Shown here: positions 39,031 to 51,399 of the stretch, piece by piece
Position numbering within the stretch: the stretch's first letter is position 1
How the letters are laid out: each line of letters opens with the position of its first letter
Assembly: GCA_965113315.1 (NCBI GenBank)
Contig: OZ220367.1
Length of the DNA: 64,000 nt
From: Podarcis vaucheri
Lineage: Eukaryota
Strand: one strand, 5' to 3'
Notes under the pieces: model-generated
Database searches by the model: none
The model's input: the letters and a program-made list of their open reading frames with translations, nothing else
What the model was told of the DNA's origin: nothing
Made by a program: the position numbers and the translations under genes

Positions 39031-39076
39031 GCACCAGCCTGAAGATGACGAGTGAGACCTCGTCGAAACGTCGCAC
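39031..39076 (+). ncRNA. Minimal type I hammerhead ribozyme motif, copy 2
   Basis: CTGAAGA at 39039-39045, stem II GACGAG/CTCGTC, GAAA at 39065-39068, a palindromic ACGT in place of stem III and GTC triplet at 39070-39072. This is the layout known for PLE pLTR hammerheads. Stem I is weak. Confidence 0.78.
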
Positions 39077-39230
39077 AGACACCCCGACTCTTACACGGGA
39101 AGACACCCGAAGACACCAAAACCTGCATATATATATATATATATATATATGTTTTCGTAGATTTTCACGGGTACAGGAATGCAGGTTTTGGTGTCTTCGG
39201 GTGTCTTCCCGTGTAAGAGTCGGGGTGTCT

Positions 39231-39276
39231 GTGCGACGTTTCGACGAGGTCTCACTCGTCATCTTCAGGCTGGTGC
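39231..39276 (-). ncRNA. Minimal type I hammerhead ribozyme motif, copy 3
   Basis: Reverse complement of 40213-40258. Confidence 0.75.
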
Positions 39277-39641
39277 TTTCGGCTTCTTGTTACTGGAACA
39301 GAGCAGAATCTGGTGTTTGAGTTCCTATAAATACTGTTGAGGGGTGTGGTGTATAGCCTTCAACGTTCTGGGCAGAGAGGAAGTTCCTAGATTAGTGTGC
39401 CTTTTCTTCTTTTGTTCCTTAATTACTTGAGGGATATCTTGAGTGATTTCATGAGTGATATTCTGAATACCACTGGGTGGGTCATTAAGTGTAGATTAGT
39501 TGCTAAAGCTTTTGTGTCTTGACCTCTTGAGCTTGTGAAGAGTTTTTCTGAGAAGATGGCTGTGCTGCATTTAGTTGTGCTCTGGCTTGGCTTCGTGTAT
39601 AGGGGCGAGCTGTGGTTTTGTGCCTTGTGCCAGCCAGATCT

Positions 39642-39986
39642 GACGACACGTCCCGCCTGCCAGACATCTGGAAATTAGCCCTCCCCACAAAAACCGACAC
39701 CAGAACCAGAGGCACACAGAACGCCGTCACCAATCAACCACACCAGACCCAAACCCAGACCCTCTCCACAGACATATTACAGACTCCATCCAGTAGCCAA
39801 ACTATAGTGGCACCTCCGGATGCTGCACCCTCCTGCAATCCCTACACAGATCTGGCTGGCACAAGGCACAAAACCACAGCTCGCCCCTATACACGAAGCC
39901 AAGCCAGAGCACAACTAAATGCAGCACAGCCATCTTCTCAGAAAAACTCTTCACAAGCTCAAGAGGTCAAGACACAAAAGCTTTAG
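39642..39986 (+). pseudogene. C-terminal remnant of the PLE RT/GIY-YIG ORF
   Basis: DDTSRLPDIWKLAL resembles the NRD...LP.IW end of PLE GIY-YIG domains, followed by a T/Q/P-rich tail to TAG at 39986. Confidence 0.7.
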
Positions 39987-40212
39987 CAACTAATCTACAC
40001 TTAATGACCCACCCAGTGGTATTCAGAATATCACTCATGAAATCACTCAAGATATCCCTCAAGTAATTAAGGAACAAAAGAAGAAAAGGCACACTAATCT
40101 AGGAACTTCCTCTCTGCCCAGAACGTTGGAGGCTATACACCACACCCCTCAACAGTATTTATAGGAACTCAAACACCAGATTCTGCTCTGTTCCAGTAAC
40201 AAGAAGCCGAAA

Positions 40213-40258
40213 GCACCAGCCTGAAGATGACGAGTGAGACCTCGTCGAAACGTCGCAC
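40213..40258 (+). ncRNA. Minimal type I hammerhead ribozyme motif, copy 4
   Basis: Identical to 39031-39076. Confidence 0.78.
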
Positions 40259-40305
40259 AGACACCCCGACTCTTACACGGGAAGACACCCGAAGACACCA
40301 AAACC

Positions 40306-40358
<53 letters not shown>

Positions 40359-42183
40359 AGGCTTAATCTCAAGGCTTTTTATTTTTATGAATCTATAGGC
40401 TACCACCCTAACAAAATTTTCTTGAACCATTGCTGTAGGCAGCATTGGGACCATTAATTTATTAATGGGTAAAACTGTCCATCAAGTGTAGATTGTTTTG
40501 TCCCATGTGAAGCCTGAAACATACTATGCCATAGTATGGGCCCAATTTTTCAGTATGTGGATCAAACAGAACTTCCATACTGAGGGCCGAACCACACCAT
40601 ACATTGAAAGTGCATGCCTCCCTGCAAAGACTTCTGGCAACTGTAGTTTGTTAAAGGTGGTGAAGATTGTAGCTCAATAAGTGAGGAGCTACAGTTTCCA
40701 GGGTTTCTTGGAGGAATCCATTTGCTTTCATGGTGCATTGGATATGCTTTAGATAAATGATACGGCTCTTCTGTTAGAGAGAACAACTAAAAAGTTAAAA
40801 AAAATGTAATTCTGTATTCTAGAACCTTAAATGAATTAATTGAATTTGACTCCCCCCTCCCTTAGGAGAATGTGTAACCGTTATTGAAAATATCTATGTT
40901 TCTTTTTTAAAGAAGCCACTGGAAACCAGGCCTAACTTTAAGATAAATTTAACACTCAGTAAAAGTGATTAGATGGTAATCCAGATGATGGAATCAGTAA
41001 CATTAGTAAGGAAACACCATTTTGAATGTGCTATAAACATGCAATACAATACCAGAGAGTAAGAAAAAATTCTAAGCGATTTTCCATAGCGCTTTTTCTT
41101 TTCTTTTGTTACAATGATTTAATTTCTGACTTATTGATAGTGCTTTTTTCCTGTATGCAGATCCACCCCAAGCCCATTATCAACATATAACAAAGTCATT
41201 AAGCTCCTGGAGCCTCATGTTTTCAACATGAAGGAATTGCCAGATTCAACCATCATATATGATGCTGACAACAACTTTTGCATTTGCTTTAAATCTCATA
41301 TAAGTCATACTAAGAATCCTCCTACCCAATCACAATTATGTGTAAATAAACAAAGACATTAAACTGGGCTGTGGCAATTAGAGTTACCAAGATGGTCTGC
41401 AGCTGTATTTTTATGAGGTATTTATCATTGTTAATATACTAAGGCAACTTCAAGTGTTTATGATAATCTGCAATATCTGAAATTGATTCAAATAGAACTC
41501 CTCACTTAAACCTTGCCCTAACTCCAAAAAAAAGCAAATGCTCATTACATGCGCAGTGAAGGAAATCAAGGCAACAAATTGCTTCTCTTGTATACTTAGA
41601 TACATAACAGAACATTCATTACAAGACATATTTTGAACAAGCACTTCAATGTTACTGAAGTTATCATAGATGTGTTTGAAGCACAGTAGAGTCAAGCTAC
41701 CTAATTAAGCTGAGATGGGTTCAGGAAGCTATCAAAATTTTAAAGGATTAGTCGTCAGTATATGCCAGCAATCATTTAGCTAAGATAAACTTCATAGCAA
41801 GCAGTCCTAGATCATTCTGTAAAATGTGTTTATGTGACAGTACTGGCAAGAGCTGTTATCAAATTATGGAAAAAAGACAAAACACAAACAGAATTCAGGT
41901 AACTTCTGTAGGGTTTGAGACAGTCCCAAAGTTGCTTAAAAAAAGTTATGTCTGCATCTTGATCTTTTTTTAATATCTACAATGCAGTTCAAGGAAGAAT
42001 ATAAGAATGGGTTTATTCTATTGGACTTTAATTAAAAGGAAGCATTCTGAATCTCATATCAAGTATGGTATTCTTTTGAATCAGTTGTGTGGACTGAGCT
42101 TAAGAGGCATGGAATGGCAATGGCTCCATTTTCTTGAAAATTGGTCTCTAAATGTTCTGAGCATCTTGGTGAATGGCCTATGT

Positions 42184-42319
42184 CAGGCTTGGCAAACTCA
42201 GTCCTCCAGATGTTTTTGGGACTACAACTCCCATCATCCCTAGCTAACAGGACCAGTGGTCAGGGATGATGGGACTTGTAGTTCCAAAACATCTGGAGGG
42301 CCGAGTTTGCCTATGCCTG
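42184..42319. mobile_element. hAT MITE (136 bp, palindromic)
   Basis: Long TIRs CAGGC...GCCTG; 8-bp TSD GCCTATGT. Confidence 0.9.
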
Positions 42320-45300
42320 GCCTATGTGTTTCAACAGGGTTCTTGTTCTTCTTAATATCTTAATTAAACCACTGGCAGAAATAACCCAGAGGTTTGTGTT
42401 GAAGTGTCATAAGTATTGCATGTGGAATATACTCAGCTCCATCTCTCTGTTCCATCTTCTCAAACCAAGGAGGCCATTTAACTTCTGAATCAGTGCCTGG
42501 AAGCAACATTGGTCTGGATGAAGGTGAACAATTGATTTTGAATCTTTTTTAATGGGTATTCTAAGCTGCCTTTCCACAGCTCAAACAAGTTAATAAATGT
42601 TTTAAAATCTGGACCAAAACCATTGATAGCTTCTTGTAAAATACCGTACAGGTTGGGTTGAGCTATCTGCTGCTACCCAGAAGTTACTATAAGACAAAAC
42701 CATTTAAGTCACTTTGAGACCCATGCTAGTGTGTGCACTAAGTTCTATCCTATGAACTGAACTTTGAGATGCTAATTAACCTAAGCCTCACTAGGTAAGG
42801 CGGCTTTATCCCACACTCACTAAGAGCCAAACACTGAAATCAGTACTCTTATCAAGAGAACTCCAGGCACCACTGAGGTTAATCTCTAAATTTGTGCTTT
42901 GGCATGAAATTGGCTCAGAACTTGATAAGAAAACAAATTAAGCTTCTTAATGCAGTACCAAACAGATTTAAATTTGCACCATAGATATGCCATTCTTAGA
43001 ATAATAGGGAAGAAAATGGTATGCTGATATGTAATTGCAATTTGGATTCATCTTTTGTTAGCTATTTCGTTTCCTCACAATATTCTACTCCCCTACCAAA
43101 GAGATGAGCAAGACTAAGACTGCCTAAGCAAGAACAAGGAAATGGTGTAACAACACTACTTTATCAGTAGTACAAATTAGGTAATGTTTCAGGCTAACTA
43201 ATGGCCAGCAATTACAAAAAAAAAATTTAATTGAGGGATTTATTTTGTCAACTGATTAATTCTCTATCAAAGTCTAAGACCAACAGTTTTATTTTAAAAG
43301 CTTATCACATAATTTCATTAAAAGTTAATTATTCAAATGTGAGAACTGCTTGGCTCTTCATTATCAACGACTGATTATTACAGAATAAAAATAGCTCAGT
43401 TATTAAGGCACTGACACCATGTTCATATGGAGGCTAGGAAGTAACACCCATTGACTAACAAAACATTGTTCTACATAATGAATTCAGAATTAGAATGTAA
43501 GTAGTTTCAGATCAAACAGCCAATGGTACATTTATGTGGTGCATAAGAAATAGGATTTTATACTTGACAAAAGACTGTAGGTGGCTTAAAAAAATCCAAT
43601 TGACCATAATAAATATTAAAAATAGCTGAAAATGCAACATTTGAAATGATATCACTGTATCATATAGTAACCTGGTTAGCGCATCACAGTAAGCCATAGT
43701 TAGGGAGGGCAGAAGCTATGGCTTACCACTAATGAACAGAATGCTGCCACGTGCTGCTCAAATTACACCTGCCACACTCCTCCATTTGTTGGACCAGGAA
43801 AAAGCAAAGTTGTTCTCATTATTTACTTCTCCCCAACCAAAATCCAAGAGAAAGTCTGTAGTGTGTGTCACTGTGAAAGCTAATATTTTGTTTCTGCTTT
43901 TAACCTATATTTTCCAGTTGTGCCCTAGCTTATAAAATTCTGGTTAGGTTATGTTTAGCTAAAAGAAGCTAGGATCAACCAACGATTTATGATCCTGGAT
44001 TTTTCATCAACCATAGCTTAAGATAAACAGGGTGTAGTATGTTGTCTCTTCTGGCTTGCCATACCAGGAACTGCTGAATCAGGTCTCATAAAGTGAGCAG
44101 TTTAGGTTCTGCTCTGCATTATAAGTTGCAACCTGCTGTTTGGTTTGTTCCCTTAATAAACTATTTTATACTAAAGGACTTGCTGTTTATATACTCCTTG
44201 TGGCCTTTTCTCTGTGACTTCAAGTCAGGAAATGGTGGGAAACTATAGTTAAATTAAAACCAGAAGTATGAGAAAGTACACAAGTTAAGAAGGTACTGCA
44301 GTTTAGTGTTACCTTCAGTTCAGCCAATGGGACTTCTTACACTTCTCAAATTAATGGTCAGTTTTTGCAAGGTCTATTTTCATGGGTGCTTTATAATATG
44401 AAGCCATCATATGGTTAATTACAACACAGAGAGGCCACATCTATCCTATGTTACATGTCCACAACAAACCCATTATTATAGTTTATTTGCTATTTCAAAC
44501 TGACACACTGACATACTTGTTCTATTACAGCTTAAACGACACAGGATAGTATAATATGGCCATCTTTCGCACCCATCTTCCCCCTTGCTCCACTTCGTTG
44601 GCTTCTCAATCATGTCAATAAAAGGGGGCCTTACTTTTCTTTTCTGTTGAGGTATAAATAGTCACTGAAGCAATCAGTTCCTGCTCGGCTAATTATGGAA
44701 CATGTTAGTTTTACGGCAAAATATAGTTTGAAATGAAGCTGTCTAACCTATGCTTAAAAAAATTATCTAGTATGAGATGATTTGAAAAACATAATCATTC
44801 CACTCCGAAGCCCAAGTATGCATGTGGAGCCTCTAATATTGTTGTGGAGGGAGCTCTGAAGTACACAATGGTACTCACAGCCTGAAAGGAAACTGATCCT
44901 TTTTCCTTGGGAAACTTCCTACATGAACAGCAGAGATTGCAGAGCCTTTGTACCTTGGCTGTGATTTGACAAGCACTTCATCCTTAAGGCAGAACATAGA
45001 TCGTTCTAAGTTTGAATATGAATTATTGGGATGAATGATGTATCAGATTCTACTCAAGGTATGTTCTCAGAATGCAATAACTGTTAAGGCATGATCACAA
45101 TTTTCCTGAAAACTATAGTCATTTTACAGACTTCAGGTTCGTCCACACTTCAGCTTGTCTTGCTGCTTCTCCCTTGGGGAAACCCGATATTTACCACTGA
45201 ATCAGAGAAAACATCAGTTGGGTTTTGGATTGATGTTTGTCCCAGTAAAGAGCAGGTCTTCCTGGGAAAAGCAGTGCTGCAAATGGAAAACTACACAGAC

Positions 45301-45954
45301 CCATGTTTTTTAGGCACAGGACAAGTGGAAGTGTGGATGACCCCTTAAAGAAACTGGGGGTGGAGACACCTATGTGTATTACAAAGTAATCTGAAGTTCA
45401 CAAAAGGGCAATGTTGCAAAAACAAACAAACACAAAAACACCTCGGTAAGTACAGCAACATATGAATAAACAAAATAATCCTTGTGTCTGCTGCCCCCAC
45501 CTTTTTGGGGGAAAGAACTATTGTCATGTCCAAGGAGGCTGCCAAATGATTCCAACACCTGAAACAAATGTAACTTTGCTTTGTTCATGGAGAATGATGC
45601 TAAACAAAACAACCGAATCCCTGCTCTACTGAGTTTAAAGAATCTTGTAAAATAAACACATGCTTTAGCTACTCTGGTTCATCCAATTTTCGAAGGCTGC
45701 GATTCTTCACTTTTCTAAGCAGTACCACTGGAAGTTGAAAATTACCACTACTATTGGTCTGGGAGTGTAATAAACCATTCATGCTACTACTGTCCCTCTG
45801 TACACTTCATGTTCTGAACACAAAGAAAAGAGAGCAATTTGGGAGAGGATAATTAAAGAGATGTGAATACCTTGGGGAGAAAATGAAACAGAAAAACTTT
45901 TGCCTTTTTCCTCAATATGTGTGTGTTTTGTTTTGTTTTTAAAAGGGGGGGGTA

Positions 45955-46398
45955 CAGAATATAAGAAGATCCTGCTGGATGAGGCCAATAGCATAACTAG
46001 TACAGCATCCTATTCTCACAGTAGCCAACCAGATGCCTGTGGGAAACCCACAAGTAGAATTCAAGTGCAAGAGCCCTCTCCCATCCTTTGGTTTCCAGCA
46101 ACTGGTATTCAGAAGGCAAAGAGTAGCTATCATGGCTAGTAGCCAGCAATAGCTATTGACAGCCCTCTCTGCCATGAATTTGTCCAATCCTCTTTTAAAA
46201 TCATTTAGGTTGATGGCCTCCTGTGGGTGCAAGTTCCGTAGCTTGGGCACTGCATGAAGAAGTACTTTCTTTCATCTAAATGCTTCAGCATTTAGCTTCA
46301 TTGGGCATCCACTAGTACTAGGGTTCTGAGAGGCGGAGCAAAATGTTTCTTTATCCACTTTTCCCATGCCGTGCATAATGTTACAAACTCTTAAACTC
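45955..46398 (-). mobile_element. CR1 LINE 3' fragment (older subfamily)
   Basis: Minus-strand peptide PQEAINLNDFKRGLDKFM is typical of the CR1 ORF2 end, followed by a CR1-type 3'UTR. Confidence 0.8.
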
Positions 46399-47743
46399 CA
46401 GTCATTATTGGAAGTGCTTGATGTGGACCTATATAGACAATGTTCTTTAAGAATGTATTTGCATATTTGTTTCAAACATGTTAGGCATCATGTAAGGTTT
46501 AAGTGAACCACACAAAGTTCCTCAGTCCCTTTCTCCAGGCTATTCATGAAGTTGATAGATTAATTCCATCAGAGTACAGTACAGAAATCACAGCTGGAGG
46601 AAAAAAGTGTTTATTAAAGTTAACAGTAAGATCTGAAAATTTCTTCTGATCTTGTTAGTGTGCTTTATCAGCAGCATCTTGCTTCACAACACCAACAAAA
46701 CAAAGCACACAAAAGCATTGTGTTACCTGCCAAACTCTAAGCAAGCTGGCTCTCCTGACAAAGGAAAGCCATAGCGTTACAATGGAGGAAGGACTTTTAA
46801 ATGTCTATTCTTGCATGAATTCACACTGAAAGGTGATATGCAAGCGAGGCTGTGTAAATTCAATTCACAGCTGCTGGCTGACAGCATGCTGACATACACA
46901 AACCGTGGAGCACATTTGTCTGGAATCCAGGGAGTCTAACAAGCTGACAGTAACATTACCTTTTACAGGGAAACAAGGATTCAGGGGTAGGCAAAATTGC
47001 AATTCTTTTTTTCTCTTTAAAAGAGCTCTCCAGCACACTTGAGGATATCTTTAGATTTTACTCAGCAGCATAGGAAGATGAGAATGTGTCATTTTGCTTG
47101 TCAGAAGTAATCTCTTTCTAAGCACAAAGCAAAAACACTTCTTTGATCCTTGCTATACTACTTATTTATAAAGCAATTCCCATTGAATAATATGGACAAT
47201 TACTATGTAAGGGAAGACTAAGCCTGTTGGCTTCTTTCACAATTTTTAATTATTGAGACCAGAATGGACACACAAACCAAAGTATGAATCTTCAGCTATA
47301 TGGGGTATTGGGGGGGGGCTGAGTTGAGTGCGGGAAATAGCCTACTAGGATGTTTGAAAAAATATTTATTTATTTATCAGATTTCTAAATTGTCCTCGTC
47401 ATATTGCAATCCCAGGGCTTTTCCCAAAGAATATCTAAATACAAATACAGTATGCACGTCATAAATAAAATACTAATATAATAAAACAAAGTTAAACCTT
47501 CTCAATTAAAAAAGAGAGCAGTAAATCACAGCAAAACCTACCGGCTAAAACTAAGCAAAACCAGCTCATCCAAAGGCATGGAAGAACAGAAATGTTTTGA
47601 TGAGGCAACAGAAACTCACAAGCACTGTCAACGAGCAGCTATCCTTTGTCCATAGCAATGTTACCACACAATAAAGGATAGAGGGTGTGTGATGAAGTCA
47701 GTAACAGCAGTGCTGAAGCCACAGGTAGGTCCTCCCATTCACA

Positions 47744-48178
47744 GTGATAGACTGGCTAGACGCATAGGAGTGGTGGAAGGCACCAGCTGGGGAACCCCCA
47801 AGGGAAGAAGGGTCAGAGCCTGGGATTGGTGATGGGATGATGATGAGTTGTCAGAGGGAGAAGAGGAAGCAGACTGAGAGGAAGTGTCAGAAGCTGAAGA
47901 GGCAACAGAGTTTAGTGAGCAGGAAGAGGCTGGGGCAGAGAGCAGTCTAGAATCAGAGGCTGGAGAGGATGGTGGGGAGGAGACAAAGATGAGGAATGCT
48001 GCTGAAGAATCCAGGGAGTCCTCACAACTGCCTCACTGCGACAAGAACTACTGGAAAGAGTTGCTGTGATCACTAGGTTTGCACTGTTTTGGTTTCTTTG
48101 AATAAAGAGTTAACTCCACTGACATCAGTATATATATATTTTTATTGCTGACCTACTCCTGACTCCAGCTTCCAACAA
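47744..48178 (+). mobile_element. Probable LTR-type repeat (solo LTR)
   Basis: Purine-rich block with AATAAA near 48102 and a CA end. The left end and TSD are degenerate. Confidence 0.45.
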
Positions 48179-48606
48179 TCCAGGTGCAGACTAGAAGTAG
48201 AAATTTCTTTCTTGGGTTTATTCTCTAGTCCCAACTGCAACTGCCTGGCTCACAGTATAAAATCTGACCTCAGCACAGCTGAAGAGCACCTGGGCCCAGA
48301 AAGCCACCAACTGTGTGCTGTACAAGACTGGGCTCCCTCCCTCTGTGTGCTTCCAAGCAATGGTACAAATGGGAATTCCCAGTTAGTTGGGACCCAAGGC
48401 TTGCTGCATTTGACTGTATAACTGAGGAGTGGTTGTTGAAAACAAACCAAACAATAGAGAGAGGAAAAAACACAAATGTCAACTAACCATCAAGCATGTC
48501 TGAAAAAAGAAGAAGTGTGGCTTGCAGAAGTTTTTGAATGGATTTCTATGTCTTAGATTCAGGGGTATTTTTTTTTCCTGGAAAGAAGCTGTTATCTTAA
48601 ACAGTA

Positions 48607-48955
48607 AAGGTAAAGGGACCCCTGACCATTAGGTCCAGTCGTGGCCGACTCTGGGGTTGCGGCGCTTATCTCGCTTTATTGGCTGAAGGAGCCGGTGTAC
48701 AGCTTGTGGCCATGTGGCAGGCATGACTAAGCCGCTTCTGGCAAACCAGAGCAGTGCATGGAAATGCCGTTTACCTTCCCGCCAGAGCGGTACCTATTTA
48801 TCTACTTGCACTTTGATGTGCTTTCGAACTGCTAGGTAGGCAGGAGCTGGGACGGAGCAACGGGAGCTCACCCCGTCGCGGGGATTCAAACCGCCAACCT
48901 TCTGATCAGCAAGTCCTAGGCTCTGTGGTTTAACCCACAGCGCCACCCGCACTCC
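48607..48955 (-). mobile_element. Sauria SINE, full length
   Basis: (ACCTTT)n tail, GGTACCTATTTATCTAC core and tRNA-like head with B box. 13-bp TSD ATCTTAAACAGTA at 48594-48606 and 48956-48968. Confidence 0.92.
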
Positions 48956-49819
48956 ATCTTAAACAGTATATTCCACCATTTCTGTAAAAGTCAATCTGTG
49001 GCAACTAACAATCCACAGGTTTTAAAAACGATATAACAAAAACAATCAAAACTGGCACCAGAAATGCAAGCATCAGGATCCCATTGGACAAAAACCTGCA
49101 CCGCCCCATCCACTTTTTACAGTCCATCTCTAAACCACAAGCAAATGTCTACTATAAAGTCTGAGCAGCAGCAGCAGGCTATTTAGAATGCTTTGCAGTT
49201 TTGTTTGTACATGCAAAAAACAATGATTCCTGCATTGCAAGTCACAGAATTAAGCTGAAAGCCAAACAGTGCACTTCATGAAACAGAACAACTCAGCATT
49301 AGTAGAAGTTGACAGAGCCTACAAGAGAAATAAAATCTAGTGTGCAAGTACTATAGGGTGTGATAGGTTTGGCTTCCGAAAACAACCAGTCTCGAGCAAA
49401 TGAAGACATGAACTAAAAAAGTAAACTAAAGAGTAGTTACAAAAGTTAGTCAATTGACCATTAGCAAAATAGTACATGCATGTGCATTACTCAATGAGTT
49501 TATCACTCAGTTGATGTGCCATTTGTTCCATCATATCCATTTCACACAGGGCCAGATTAAGACCTTTCGAGGTCTAAGCACTGAAAAGATTTTGGTACCT
49601 CCCCATATGGTTTTTTTCCAGCAATTCAAACCGTAAAATAAAATCTATTCCCCCCCCAAAAAAAATATGATGCAAAAACCTTCCAGTATGCTGAAATGTA
49701 CATGTACAACACATTATTTCACATTATTTTGATCTACACTAGTAGGATGCCCCAGATTTAGCTGGGAATAAGTAATAAAAAAGAACATAAAAAATGTGGG
49801 AAGAGTGTATGGTGTGGAG

Positions 49820-49955
49820 CAGGCTTCCTCAAACTCGACCCTCCAAATGTTTTGAGACTACAGTTCCCATCATCCCTGACCACTGGTCCTGCTAGGTAGG
49901 GATGATGGGAGTTGTAGGCCAAACACATCTGTAGGGCTGAGTTTGAGGAAGCCTG
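49820..49955. mobile_element. hAT MITE (136 bp)
   Basis: TIR CAGGCTTCCTCAAACTC; 8-bp TSD GTGTGGAG. Confidence 0.9.
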
Positions 49956-50546
49956 GTGTGGAGTATAAGGAACTTGGAAACTCTGTATCTGAAACACTCT
50001 GCAGTGTTTCCATGAATATCCAACATCACTGGGTGGAACATAAAATAATTGGGAGAAGGTCCATATATCTTCTATAATACCTACTGCTACTCTAGAAGAA
50101 AAAGTCTTCCTCCTCCTTGAACTCTCACTCCCTAGTACTAGGGGTACTCAGATAAATGACAATTCCCAGCACCTCTAGTGCCTGGGATACTGCCATAGGA
50201 AGGATAGATCTCCCGTTCTGTGCCATGCTAAATACATTACATTAAATAAGTGATACATACCTCTTATTTTTGTTACCAATGAATGCAACATGTTAGTGTC
50301 CAATAAACTTAGGCAATGCCATCAAAGAACTGGAGATAAATCTGAAATATTAATTCAGGCTGAAATTAATCTGAAGTGCCATTACATGCTGATATATGTC
50401 TGTATGTCATCTATTTATTAATTTGTATCTTCTCTCCATGTGTATAAGATGAACCACCTCACTATGCTTTATAAATCAAAGATGCTATCAATAATACTCT
50501 TAATATATTCTTCTGAAGTAACAGAAGGAATTAATCTTCAGTTCTC

Positions 50547-50677
50547 NNNNNNNNNNNNNNNNNNNNNNNNNNNNNNNNNNNNNNNNNNNNNNNNNNNNNN
50601 NNNNNNNNNNNNNNNNNNNNNNNNNNNNNNNNNNNNNNNNNNNNNNNNNNNNNNNNNNNNNNNNNNNNNNNNNNNNN
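50547..50677. other. Assembly gap (131 N)
   Basis: Run of N. Confidence 1.
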
Positions 50678-50916
50678 ATCTTTCCCCATAAAGATGACAC
50701 TGAGTAAACCACAGGTCTTTAGTTCTCACATGAAGGCATCCTGTGTGACTTGAGGATCATCTCCAAAAGGTTTAAAATTCTACTGAAGATATTTGTGCAT
50801 TTTACATTACTGATATAGTACCTGAACAGTATCCATGCAGGTAAACAAGATAAATATTCCTCAGAGTGATTGTACTTAGCTCCTTCATCAATATCTTGTG
50901 ACTTGCCACTGCTAGC

Positions 50917-50919
50917 TAT

Positions 50920-50954
<35 letters not shown>

Positions 50955-51330
50955 TGCATGCATGCATGCATGCATGCATGCATGCTATACAACACCTACC
51001 CTCCTAAAGGAGCCCAGGGCAGCTGATATCAACTGATAAAATAATAAAATATATTTTAAGTATCTTTTAAAAAAAACTTTAAAATAATGCCAGTACAATT
51101 CCAAAAGACTTGTTGGAAGAGGAAAGTCATCAGTACGTGCTGAAAAGACAACTAAGATGGCACCTGCCTAATATATAAGGGAAAGGAATTTCAAAGGGTA
51201 GGTGCCACACCACTAAAGACCCATTTCCTATATTGTACAGAATGGACCTTCTGATAAGGTGGTCTCTGCAGAATGCCCTCACTTGCAGAGCTCAGAGATC
51301 AACTGGGTATGTGAACTGGGTGAGACAATA
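50917..51330 (-). mobile_element. L2 3' fragment with compound (TTTA)n(TGCA)n tail
   Basis: Microsatellites at 50917-50985 adjoin an L2-like end (GGAGCCCAGGGCAGC; GGGTAGGTGCCACACCACTAAAGACCC). Confidence 0.65.
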
Positions 51331-51399
51331 TTTTGGGACTTTCACTGTTGAAATAACTAATTTAACATTTTCCAATGGGAAGCTCTTCCCCTACTTTCC

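Larger units (their letters stand above)
38768..39128 (+). mobile_element. Penelope-like element unit 1: short non-autonomous fold-back copy
   Basis: Perfect 155-bp inverted arms (38796-38950 and 38974-39128) with a 23-nt loop. A 28-nt extension (38768-38795) is present only on the inverted arm. The outer 115 bp are identical to the unit 2 pLTR end. Confidence 0.85.
39151..40310 (+). mobile_element. Penelope-like (Poseidon-type) retroelement unit 2: 5'-truncated with inverted pLTR
   Basis: 464-bp inverted arms (39179-39642 and 39847-40310) with one mismatch seen (39360), a 204-bp loop and a 28-nt extension at 39151-39178. Contains hammerhead motifs and the ORF end DDTSRLPDIWKLAL. Confidence 0.9.

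Noticed and set aside
38768-40310. CRISPR-like array or MITE interpretation of the repeats
   Set aside because: Eukaryotic context, inverted rather than spaced direct repeats, and the hammerheads and ORF end indicate a PLE.
38587-40457. Cluster of mirror-image ORFs (MTSETSSK..., MQVLVSSG...)
   Set aside because: By-products of the inverted repeats and (TA)n. Only 39642-39986 has PLE protein similarity.
47884-48069. Acidic 61-aa ORF
   Set aside because: Purine-rich low-complexity part of an LTR-like repeat.
50440-50729. ORFs containing X runs
   Set aside because: Artefacts of the N gap.
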